DNA of 64,000 bases from the human T2T-CHM13v2.0 reference genome, Homo sapiens, in assembly GCF_009914755.1 (NCBI RefSeq), contig NC_060930.1. One strand, 5' to 3'. The translations under genes and the position numbers were made by a program. The notes beneath the pieces were generated by a model. The model was not told where the DNA came from. It saw only the letters and a program-made list of their open reading frames with translations, and searched no databases. This document shows, piece by piece, positions 28,301 to 39,999 of this stretch. Position 1 is the first letter of the stretch, and every line of letters begins with the position of its first letter.

Positions 28301-31300
28301 TTTAAACAAAGGAAAAAAAAGAGTCAGAGAGTGAGGGGAGAAGGTATTCATGATGATACCTTTGCTAAGATTCTAGACTTTTATCATCTGGACAAGAGGA
28401 GAATAAAAATAACAAAGAGACAGAATCTTGAAGGGCTAAAAGAGATTAAGTAAGCAATTGGAATATCAAGAGCAATTAAAAAGACTGTTGAGCTAAAAGT
28501 GAGTCAAATGCTGAGGATACCTGCCTGATCGGACACTAAGTTACTTTCAGAATAAGTTTGTAACCTCAGCAACATGTCATACATTATGGAGAAGGCATTT
28601 CAAAAAGGCAGGCAAGTTCATCTGGTGGATTCTATAGGACAACATGAAACTTAATGGGATACATAGACTTCTTAAGCCCTCCCCGCTCCCCAGCTGGCAA
28701 ATTTTTAACAACTTCTCCTTAAGTGATGAGAGAGGGGTCAAAAGCCAGGACTAATCTCACAATTGCCACTGAAAATGTGGAAGGTGTTTGAACCTAATTG
28801 CTTAATATTTTGAAAATTCATCTACAGTTTTATCCTCAAGATTCATACTAGATATCAAAGAAATTCCTTTTTGTATCTTAAATTTCAGTTCCAAAATCCC
28901 ATTTAGATTTTGTCTGCTTCAGAATGTCTGAATTCGAATCAAGTCTAATCACCCCTCTGCTTACTATGCTCATGGGACCTTCTATTCACTTGTGAGTCTC
29001 CTTGTGCCTTTGGGTCCTGAATGCAGAGCATGGGCTACAGAAATAACAGAGGAGGGGCAGTTATACCTACCTGTAGTACTGTTAGCAGAATTGTGACTCC
29101 AGTTGAGGTGTCAAGAGGCCACTCATATGTGGTTGTGCAGTTTGTACACTGCACAAAGGCACTCAGGGAAGGGGAAGATTGAGGGCTTGAATCCAGTTTA
29201 CCCTCTTCTTTTCCATGAAGTCCCTGGGTGTCTAGTCTGTTTACTTTTTCTGCATATGTCTAGAAAGGACAATTTCTTCCAACTTGTAAAAGGCACCATT
29301 TGAGCAGGGAAACACCCTCAGTCTTTTGCTGATTATGTCAAATGGGAGGAAGTAAGAACACAGCATTACAGCCACGACTCTTTATACAGCAGCCACCCTC
29401 TTCTGTGCCTTTGCCAATACGTTCCCTCTGCCTGGAAGATTGCAGCCCTTTCACTCCTCCACCCGAGACTAACTAATCCCTGTTCAGCTCCCAAAAGTCA
29501 GCACTATCATCCTGAAAATGTCCTTGATTGGGCCTAATCTGAGTTGGTTGCCCTTTTGTGTGCTGCCATAATAGCATTTGCATATCTCCAGTTGTTCTAC
29601 TGCTACGTTTTAAAATGTGTGTTCATTCTCCATGGACTGTAGTGTGAAGACTGTACCTTATTTGTATTAGTACCGTGTAAAAGTGCTCAGCTGATTTTTT
29701 TTAATGGGTTGGGAGAAACCAGAGCTTTTCTAATTTGCTTGGCTAGATTAAGCCAGCATTATATTGTTTCATTGTTTTCAGTGTATAGATAATAGAAATG
29801 TAGGCCGTGATTTTAGCCAAAAGTTGCTGAAAAAATGATGGGGCAGAATGAGACAAAAGTCTCATCAGTGTGGTTGCTTTCTTCTCATTGTTGCTTGTCT
29901 GCACGTCCGCTCTTTTTCTACCTCTCCCTCTCTCTCTTCCTCTCTCCCTCCCTCCCTCTAACATTGTTCCTAAATTATCAATAGCAGCAAGTGTAACAAA
30001 TAACTGCATGTGTTATCTGGAGTCTTATTTACATTTAAACGGCCCTTTTTCAAAATATTGCAATTTGATTTGAAAAAGTTAACAGATGTGGAAAGGAACA
30101 ATGCCTTTGTTATGTCAAGATGTCCGTTTCTAGCAAGGCATTCATTCGATAAACTATTTTTAAAAATGCACTCATTCTGCCTTGCATATGAAAATGAGAG
30201 GGCTTGACATTTCACATTACAATTATTTTTGGTGGAGTGAAAAACCAAAGGACTGTGATTTAAACTAATTTTAATTAGGTGAATCCAACTTGATCAGACT
30301 CTAACACACTATTTTTATTAATAAAAGTTATATGATTAGCAGTATTATATTCTCTGACCCTCAAATTACTTTTTAATTCCTAACGGAACACCTTCAGAAA
30401 TCTCTAATACTGTTCTCTGTATAGAAACACACACCCGTACACCAGTAATGTGCTGAAGTGTTGCAGAAAATAGTCCCACTTTCAGTAACATGGCATATGA
30501 ATTTTCTATCACGTATATTCACAAATTTTCCTTACATGTCCTGCAAGAAAAAATAAATAAAAGACAGATGCTTCTTTAGTTATTCTATTTAATTATAGTT
30601 ATTTTCCTCCTGAAATGAGTTTTTTTATTATGGAGAATTTCAGTCTTATTAATTGCTATCTAAGTTAAGAAAAATTCCCAGATCTCGTTATATAAAGCTA
30701 TCTCTCCAAAGGGCAGTAACTCATCTTGAGGAAAGTGAGCTGAAAATAATAGGTTTTCGTTTGCTGTGATAATGATCATTGTATATCCTTATTCCAGTGG
30801 CACAAAGTCACTCTCTTAGTGGTAAACAAAATGAGATGTGAATATATGTGGATGTGATCATAAGCTCTGAATATTAAATAAGACAAGAAGAATCAGGTTA
30901 AAATTCAAAAGAATCTCCTTCTTATCTTTATCAAATGCCTCTCTTGAAGGGATTTTGGGGGAATTTTGTGCACTCAAATTTTATTGCATATTTTATAATA
31001 CAGAATTAACAAACAATTATATCTGTGGTTGGCAATATTCTTCTAAGCAGTATTTATACAACTCATAAGTGTATAAAATCTTTTGTGAATATAAGTAATT
31101 TCATTTTAAAAATTATGATAAAACATCAAATCTATGAATTATAGTACCTAAGTACCTATACATTTTCTAGAAAACTTAGAATCATCAATGTATCTGCACC
31201 AAATTAATGGCTCTGCCCCAGAATTGGGATTTGTTAAAGTACTCTCAATATAATGTACTGGATTTAAACCATTTTTATTTCAAATGGTAGAGAGCCTTTC

Positions 31301-31734
31301 TCTAAATAATGACTGCATATCTGTGAGTAGATGAGCATAAAAGTGGTGTACTACTGAGGAAATTATATTCTCCCACATTGTTTTTGATCCCCTTCAATTT
31401 TGACACTTGCTGCAAAAGACTTTATCTTGATAAGATGGCAAAGATAACAGAGCTAGCCTGACCATAAGATTCAGATGCCCTGTTCTGTTTCTCCTTTGGC
31501 AAATGTGGCTTAGTATAAAGTGTGAGCAAATGTCATTGAAAGAGAAGACAGAGCAGAATATAAATAGGCGCTGCCTATAAGGACGTTTCTGCACACCTGT
31601 AGCAGTAAGTTGCATTTTAAAACATAACATTTAGGTCAGAGAAAATTTGCTGCTATCGTTTTTAAAAATCTTCTTTGCCATGCCCTATAAACAAACTTTT
31701 GTTTTTCCAATAATATAATATATTATATAAATAG

Positions 31735-31946
31735 TTTTATATTATATTATATATTATATAATATATATAATAATATATAATATATTATATTTATATAATA
31801 TATATAATAATATATAATATATTATATTTATATAATATATATAATAATATATAATATATTATATTTATATAATATATATAATAATATATAATATATTATA
31901 TTTATATAATAATATATAATATATTATATAATATATAATATAAATA
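31735..31946. repeat. Pure A/T minisatellite, 37-bp period, about 4.5 copies
   Basis: TTT landmarks at 31790, 31827, 31864, 31901 (spacing 37); no G or C for 212 nt. Confidence 0.92.
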
Positions 31947-31955
31947 GTTTTTGGT

Positions 31956-32105
31956 AAGAAAGAAAGAGCAGGAGACAAAGAAAGAAAGAGAGAAACAGAG
32001 AGAGGAAGGAAGGAAGGAAGGGAGGAAAGAGGGAAGGAGGGAGAGAGGGAGGGAGGGAGGAAGGAAGGAAGAGAGAGAGAGAAAGAAAGGAAGAAAGGGA
32101 GAAAG
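31956..32105. repeat. Polypurine (GGAA/GAGG/GAAA)n tract
   Basis: Direct reading. Confidence 0.9.
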
Positions 32106-32800
32106 ACCTGGAGTTTGCTAATAGAGTTGGCAGGCACAGTTCAGTATCACCTTATGGCATATTCCTATAATATGCAGGCATGCTTTCTCAGACTTCCCTT
32201 TAGTAAAGCCTTCAATGAAAATTTGCCTCTGAATTCATATGCAAATACATACAAATAGATTATTAATTCAGGTATACCCACAGCTCCCATCCAATTAATA
32301 AGAATCTTCTGAGTCACAGTTTCTAGTTAATAAATTCTGAACTCTTATTACTGAATTTCCTTGCGAGCCTGTTTCCTCATAACAAGTTCTGGCTGCAACA
32401 ACAACAAAAAATGTGAACCTTACATATTTGTAGAGAAAATAACCAATTGGAGTAGAGACATATGATGTGTTGTACTACAAAGGCTTTCCAACATGGACCT
32501 GGATTCCTCCAGAGTGCCAGCAGCAGATTCTTATTATGCTTTGGTCTCATTTTCAGTGCCAGTGACAAGATTATATATTTTTTTCGGGCTGAAATCTAAT
32601 TACTAGTGGGCTGGCAGGATATCATCTTGTATCTACACTGCAGTTGTAGAAAAACATTTTTTTAATCACGTTGCGTTTGAGAAAAGGAACACTTAAAAGG
32701 AAAATCCATCATCCTGGGAGAAGGGGAGAATGAAAAATATGTAAACATTGCCCCAACTGAGGTCCCCCCAAAGGCTCACTGATGAAATTTCTTGCCTTAG

Positions 32801-33012
32801 GTGTGCAGAAGGCTATTTTGGACAACCCTCTGTACCTGGAGGATCATGTCAGCCATGCCAATGCAATGACAACCTTGACTTCTCCATCCCTGGCAGCTGT
32901 GACAGCTTGTCTGGCTCCTGTCTGATATGTAAACCAGGTACAACAGGCCGGTACTGTGAGCTCTGTGCTGATGGATATTTTGGAGATGCAGTTGATGCGA
33001 AGAACTGTCAGC
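32801..33012 (+). CDS. LAMA2: LAMA2 exon 19 (212 nt): CAEGYFGQPSVPGGSCQPCQCNDNLDFSIPGSCDSLSGSCLICKPGTTGRYCELCADGYFGDAVDAKNCQ
   Basis: cttgccttag|G ... CAGC|gtaagt; ORF track 32748. Confidence 0.96.
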
Positions 33013-34559
33013 GTAAGTCCTGAACTATTGATGCCCCTGACAGAATTGATGTATTGTACCTCAAAGTAGCTGATGAGTTCTTGAGTGTGGATTGAAGAGT
33101 AGGAAATTATGTGGAATACATGGTTGATAGATGCATAGAATATACAGAGTCTGCATATTCCAGAACATTTCCTTGTACTAACTAATAGAGTAAATACCTT
33201 TAAAATTGCTGTGGTATTGAAGCATCACTGTTTTCCAAATGATAAACATGTTTTTATTTACATGCGGAAGGAAGATTTTTTTAATGAACTTATGTCCACA
33301 GCAGGAAAGAAGAATTTGCATATTAGATAGACACCATGTATCCATTTTTTTATCTCAATTCTAATCACTTGCTTTAAATAATTTTTTCTGCCCATGATAT
33401 TTCAGTAGTAGCCATCAGAAGGTGTTAATCAGTTATGCTTTCATATGTTAACTTTACAGTGTCGTATTTTGTAATAGGTATAAAATTCTGCCAATATTTT
33501 CGCACACAGGCATTTGTCATTGTTGAATGATTAACCTCATTTTAGTTTCATAATAGTCATTTAAGGACTATTTCTAGAATGCTCTTTCAGTGTTTTCCTT
33601 CCACAAAATTAGCTACTCTAGGGCTTCATCCATATTAGTATAATACATTTCTCCCCTCTTTACCTTTTTTGCTGTATTAATACTACATAGAATTTCCAAA
33701 TCCTTAATGTCAGTGGGATTAGAATATGAAGGCGGATCTTGTTGCAGAAGATCAAATGGAAAGTGAATCCAATGTTAGCATTTGGCCATCATCAGCTTCA
33801 TTTACTATCATAATGTTTAAGCAGAGTAGGTTATGAGACCAGCCTATCCATTCATTTCTGTCAAATTTATGTGAGAGACTCTTCCAATTATTCAGGTGGG
33901 TCCCAGGACATGCAGAATTATAGAAACCACTGTAAATGTAGCCTATTATCAACTCTACTGTAAGCACCAAAGACCCAGTAGGGTACCCTATTTCATTAAG
34001 AAATGTGTCTCTCTCATCACAGGTTTAGAAGATGAGTTCTAGCTTTTTGTTATTTAATAATGATAATTCGTTGAATCAAAACCAAATCACTTTCTGGACC
34101 AACTGGCAGCTGTTAATATAACCTGTAAATTGATCTTTTTTTAAAGCAAAATTTCCAACAGCTCAGTGCCTTTAAACACTGGATTCCTGACAAATGTATA
34201 AAATCATAGAAAGCCTAAGAAATTCTTCCTTTCCCACAGATCATCTAGGATCTACATTTTCTAGCTGTGTGCTCCTGAGCAAGATATTTGACCTCCTTGA
34301 GACACAGTTTTCTAGTCTACAAAGAGAGTCATGAATTTTCTGTGGGGACTAAAGGATTTGGCACATAGAGGGTATCCAGTGAGTTCCCAGGTCCTGGAGA
34401 TGCTCACACATGGTAGCTGTCTTTGGTAGCAGTGCTCATAGTAGCTGTGCATATCAGTTGTTCACCAGTGAATTCTAAGGCTAAGTTAGTCATTTACTGA
34501 CATTTTATCCTGTCTTCCAATAACCCCCACCCCCATAAAGTTAGGGATATTATTCCACT

Positions 34560-34686
34560 AATTTTATTATGGTAATTTATTATGGGATTATTTTATTATG
34601 GTAATTAATTATTATTTTATTATGGTAATTAATTATTGTAGAAAATTATTATGGGATTATTTTATTATGGTAATTTATTATGGGAT
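34560..34686. repeat. AT-rich compound tandem repeat (ttattatggtaatt / ttattatgggatt units)
   Basis: ttattatggtaatt recurs four times. Confidence 0.8.
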
Positions 34687-36567
34687 CCATGGCATGAAGT
34701 CTTAAGAACATAAAAAAGAATGTGAGAATAAAAACATTTTGACCATTACCAGTTTTCATACTACTTGCCGTGAGTATAGATGTGATTATAATTTTTAATG
34801 CTCTTTGCCATATAATCACAATTAAAAGTATAAGAAGCACATTTATTACTTATTTTTATAATTTTTCATGGATACAATATCACTTCTATGCATAAGTGGT
34901 AAAACCTCAAGGAAAGAAAGTTCCTGGAAATACATTATTTTGGTTACCTATAGATTTGTTCAAGAAAAGTACACCACTACAAAGAAATATATTTTGCATT
35001 TTAAATTTGTGTATATCGTTGGTGTCATATTTTTCCATTAAAATGACACTTTAGCAAAACTTTATACTGCTTTGTTGTTTTTACGATAACATTAATTAAT
35101 TACCATCATATTTATGGTAAATTTAATTTTGTAGTTTACACTCCAAGAAAAAGTGACTCCTAAAGTCTAAATAATTTGATATTTTAAAAATGTATGATAT
35201 GCATAAGAAACTTTCATAAAATAATAAAAGTATATACAAATTCGATAAATCAGATGAAAATGGATATTTAAAGGAAAAATTTTCAGCCTTTCCTTGTATT
35301 TCAGCTATAGACTATCCGTAGGCTCTTTCAGTTTCTCAATGGCCCTTACTCTAGTATCCCCTTGGCAGACACTGAAGACAAACTTTGCTGGAAGATAAAT
35401 TAAGCAGTTTTTAGAAAAGCAGTTCTTTTGTTTGTTTATTTGTTTGTTTTTTAAAAGGAGAACCTAGAGCCAGGAGAATAAAATATTAGCATAGGCTGAT
35501 AGAGTACCTGTTTATAGCATAATTTTAGGTTGTGTTCAAATCAAAATATTCAGAAATTTAACAAAATCATCTATGAGTAGCCTAAATTCCCATGTCATCT
35601 CCTCCTTGTATTTTTATTCTGATATAAATGCAATTATATGTACCATTAAAAATATAGGGTACATAGTAAACAATTAATTACTATTCTATTTGTGAAAAGG
35701 TCACTTAAGCTTTAGACTGATTTACTCTACGTTTTAGAATAACCTCAGACAGCTTTATAACAAAGCAAAAAAGACAAAAGATTACTTAAATGAAATATGT
35801 TTTGTATGTTTGGAGATAGCATATAAACTGTAAAATAAAAGTGATTCTTAAATGTTATAATGCTATAGTCTTAAGATACTTGAAATGATGTTTTTGTTGT
35901 CTTTTAAACTTCTGAATCTTAAAAAAGGCATAAATATTTCACCTCAAACCATTTTTTAAACTTAACACAAAACCGGCACACAGTAAATCATTAAATCAAA
36001 AAAACTAACTAAATTTTTCTAGATTAATAGTAACATTAAAATTTTGCCAGGGGTGCTATTAATTTTGAAAATTCCTCAAAACTATTTTAGTTCTAAAGTC
36101 AGTATGCATTACTTACAATGGGATAATAGTATTTTAAGTGTTACCCTGATGTATCTGTAAAGAACTAAAACAGCGTTACACCTTGAGTCAAGAACTCCAA
36201 GTTCCTGTCACGTTCTGGACTCACCTATATGACACAGCAGGCATGTGGACTTGTATAAGCTATGGCTTCTTTGAATTTCAGTGTCTTCATGCTCAAAATT
36301 GGAATGATGATGATGACATTAATATTTTAATGGCATATGATGGGCCAGACATGATGCTAAAGCCTTTATGTTAATTATCCCTACAGCTTGTAGAGTTGTT
36401 ATAGGGATTAAATGATAGAATGCCTAACAGGGTACTTAACAAATCAGAAAACATTCTGTTACTGAACTTAGGCGTCCATGTTACCATGTGGGGTATATTA
36501 TTATTTAACAAGCCTATTAAGACTATTAGAAAGTTTTCCTGATCACAGGTCTCTCTTCTCTTTGCAG

Positions 36568-36674
36568 CCTGTCGCTGTAATGCCGGTGGCTCTTTCTCTG
36601 AGGTTTGCCACAGTCAAACTGGACAGTGTGAGTGCAGAGCCAACGTTCAGGGTCAGAGATGTGACAAATGCAAG
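36568..36674 (+). CDS. LAMA2: LAMA2 exon 20 (107 nt): (P)CRCNAGGSFSEVCHSQTGQCECRANVQGQRCDKCK
   Basis: ctctttgcag|CC ... AAG|gtaagg; ends in phase 0. Confidence 0.96.
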
Positions 36675-36913
36675 GTAAGGAGTAGAGGCTGACCCATAAA
36701 TTACTTTCTCCTTACAGATTTTCACTGGCTTTTCATGACATGTTTTGTATACCTTCGTATATTAAAAGGAAGGTTTGGGATTATCTAATTCTACAATTGA
36801 AATGACTGTGATCAGTGAAAAGTTTTTTTCAAACTAGAACAAAATTCATTGTACATTACCATTTGACCTTAAACATTTTTTTTTGGCAGTGAATGTGTAT
36901 TATATTCGCTTTA

Positions 36914-37338
<425 letters not shown>

Positions 37339-37756
37339 TTAGCAAACACCTTCTTCTAGTTCCATCATTTAAAAGCTACTTCCTGTGAGCAGTCTACCTA
37401 ATGGAAGTTTCAGTAGAGAAGTTAATCAAGATATTTTTAAAGATGCATTATTTTGCTAAAACAAAATATTCAATTAAAATACAGCATGTTGTTCTCAGTC
37501 CCTGAACATACCGATTGCCCTGCTTTCAGTATGGCAAGCAACTTCAGATTCCTCCATGAGGGTGGACAGATTTGCTCTAGCGCTTTCACAAAAATACATT
37601 GTATTTGTGATAAAGACAGCTAAGCAGAAGCAAGCATTTCTCCGATGTCAAACTGGCCTTACTGTAGGAAGTTTGAAAATATCATCTGCTTCTGTCTCTT
37701 GAATAATATCATTGCTCTGTTTTGTTTTTATTTTATTTTATGGTTGGTTTTTAAAG

Positions 37757-38020
37757 CCCAATATGTGGCGGGATCCAGAGAAGCGATTCTGTGTGCTATG
37801 TGACTGCGATCCCGTTGGCTCTGTGTCACCGCAATGTGATATTACAGGAAGATGTGTCTGTAAATCAGGCTTCGTAGGGAAACAGTGCAACCTCGGCAGG
37901 CAGGTGCACCAACAGGAGGAGCAGCCGCGGAGAGCGCAACGGGTGCTGGGTTCTCCTCAGAGGTGGGCTATCGGCAGCTCCAGCGGGTGCCCTCGGGGAG
38001 CCTATCGGGCCCCAGCTCCG
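37757..38020 (+). CDS. LAMA2: Candidate alternative LAMA2 exon in intron 20 (264 nt, 88 aa), paralogous to exon 21: PNMWRDPEKRFCVLCDCDPVGSVSPQCDITGRCVCKSGFVGKQCNLGRQVHQQEEQPRRAQRVLGSPQRWAIGSSSGCPRGAYRAPAP
   Basis: T-rich tract + taaag|CCC acceptor; CCG|gtaatc donor; phase 0/0 matches exon 20 end and exon 21 start; gapless LE alignment to exon 21; two TGCATG motifs downstream. Confidence 0.8.
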
Positions 38021-38036
38021 GTAATCCCAGAGGCGC

Positions 38037-38080
38037 TGCATGGCTCATGCCTCTGCATGTTGTGTTCTGTGTGCTGTGGC
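38037..38080 (+). promoter_or_regulatory. Candidate intronic splicing enhancer: two RBFOX TGCATG motifs plus UG-rich and YGCY motifs
   Basis: TGCATG at 38037-38042 and 38054-38059, 17 and 34 nt downstream of the 38020 donor; followed by ttgtgttctgtgtgctgtgg. Confidence 0.6.
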
Positions 38081-39235
38081 TGAAGTTCCCTGGTGGCATT
38101 TTACCAAATAACAGTTGCTAAGTGTGCAAATTGCAAATGCAAAGATTAGACAATTCCTAATTGAACCCTTGCCCTTTTAAAAATAACCATCCGTATGCTT
38201 TAAAAAGCATATTCAAGTTCATAGGGTCATAAAACTTTCAATTAACCAAACTTTCAATTAACCATGAATATGTGGAAATCAAATAAAAATCTACTTGAGA
38301 GAACCTATAATCTTAGAAATGGAAGAGACTTCAGGCAACCTTTGGGGAAAGCTAACTTTAATAAATGAACAAATGAAGGAAAATCTAGCAGAGAAATTGA
38401 TTTGTCCAAGAAAACTCAGCCCATTTATCAGGCATTTCATCATAATTAAGAATTTTGTTAATTTCCACATCAATTGTGCTTATGTGTACAACAAACGCAA
38501 GAAACACATTTTCACACACTATAAATGGACAAATACCCAAAACGGGGAAAGTTGTTTCTAATTACAAAAGTGTGGTTCTCATATCACAGGACAAAACAAA
38601 ACAAATGCTGGGGAAGAAGGAAGAGAGGGAGGGAGGGAAGAAGGAAGAGTAGGAGACAAGACTTACCAGTATAGAGTCAGGACCTGTAGAGAATTGAGGA
38701 TAGGGCATAGAAGAAGGAGAGATGGAAATAAAAAGTAAAGAAGAAGAAGTAAAAAACAATTCATGGTTTTATTTCTTGGCTCATTATCACACATTTTTTA
38801 AAAAACAAATTTTGATGTCAGACTGCCTTAGATCAAATCCTGGCCTCATTACTTCCTAGCTATAAATTCCTTGAATCTTTCTGTAATTCAGCTTCTTCAT
38901 CTGTAGTAAGATCCACTTCAGAGGGTTTATGTCTGCTTACGTACTCCAAGAAGCAAATGCCAAGAGGTTTCCTGGGGGAAAGGCCAACGAAGCATGAAGT
39001 GGGAGACAGCATAGCCTTCTGCTGCAATGGGGTTCTGACTCCCGGGAAAACACAGAAAGAAAGACTGGGTAGGAAAAGCCTTGTTTGGTGCATTTTGTCA
39101 AATCTTAAATTCTTGGCCAAGCCAATGGGATATACCCAAGCAAATTTTACCCACTAAAGGAATCCTGAATTGGTCAGGGAGGTTCTAGTATCTTACAGTA
39201 ATCAGCCTGAGAGAAGGATACTCTTGTGGAAGCTC

Positions 39236-39590
39236 ATCTTAATTCATTCAGAGTGCTATAAGAGCATAACATAGACTAAGTGGCATGTAAACAATGGAAA
39301 TTCATTTCTCACGATTCTAGAGGCTGGGAAGTACAAGATCCAGGTGCTGGCAGATTTCCTATCTAGTGAGGGCCCTCTTTCTCTAGACAGTCATTTACCC
39401 ACTGGAACCTCACTTGGGGGAGGAAACTCTCTGAGGCCTCTTTTATAAGTGCAGTGATCCCATTCATGAGAGCTCCATTCTCATGACCTAATCACCTCCC
39501 AAAGGCCCCACCTCCTGTCTATACCACCACCTTGAGGGTTAAGATTTCTACATATGAATTTTGGGGGACATAAACATTCAGTCCATTACA
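39236..39590. mobile_element. MaLR solo LTR (MLT1A/MSTD-like)
   Basis: atttctcacgattctagaggctgggaagtacaagatccagg...cccattcatgagagctcc...acctaatcacctcccaaaggccccacctcc...acataaacattcagtccattaca. Confidence 0.8.
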
Positions 39591-39999
39591 GAGCACCTCT
39601 GATGGGTCCAAAAGACAAGAAACTGGAGGCTTTCAGTCAGTAAAATTCCACACTGTAGGTTGTCTTGCAGGTAGATCGGATGAGGCGCCTCCAAGGCTGT
39701 CTCAGGGTAGCAGTGAGAACAGTGCATCAGGCAGGAGCATAGAGAGTTTTTAGTAAATGTTAGGCCTGATTACTATTATTATTACCAATGTTGTTAAATG
39801 AAGAAATGTTTAAAATAATTTTTTTTCAAAAACAAATGCATACATTTACAATAAAAGAAAAAGATAATAACTGATTAAAATGTCTCCAAAATATAAATTT
39901 AGCAGAAAGTCAACGTTCATTCAAGCCCTACATATCTTACAGTACTATTGTATGAAGCAGGGTTTTGTCCCGAGACTATTTTTTCCTCTGCAGCAGTAT

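Noticed and set aside
31735-31946. 37-bp periodicity resembling a CRISPR array
   Set aside because: Units are contiguous low-complexity A/T with no unique spacers, in human DNA with no cas genes
37712-37756. ORF-track N-terminus MLCFVFILFYGWFLK looks like a signal peptide for a standalone small EGF protein
   Set aside because: It starts at TTG and is simply the translation of the T-rich acceptor tract; homology to exon 21 begins exactly after the AG at 37756
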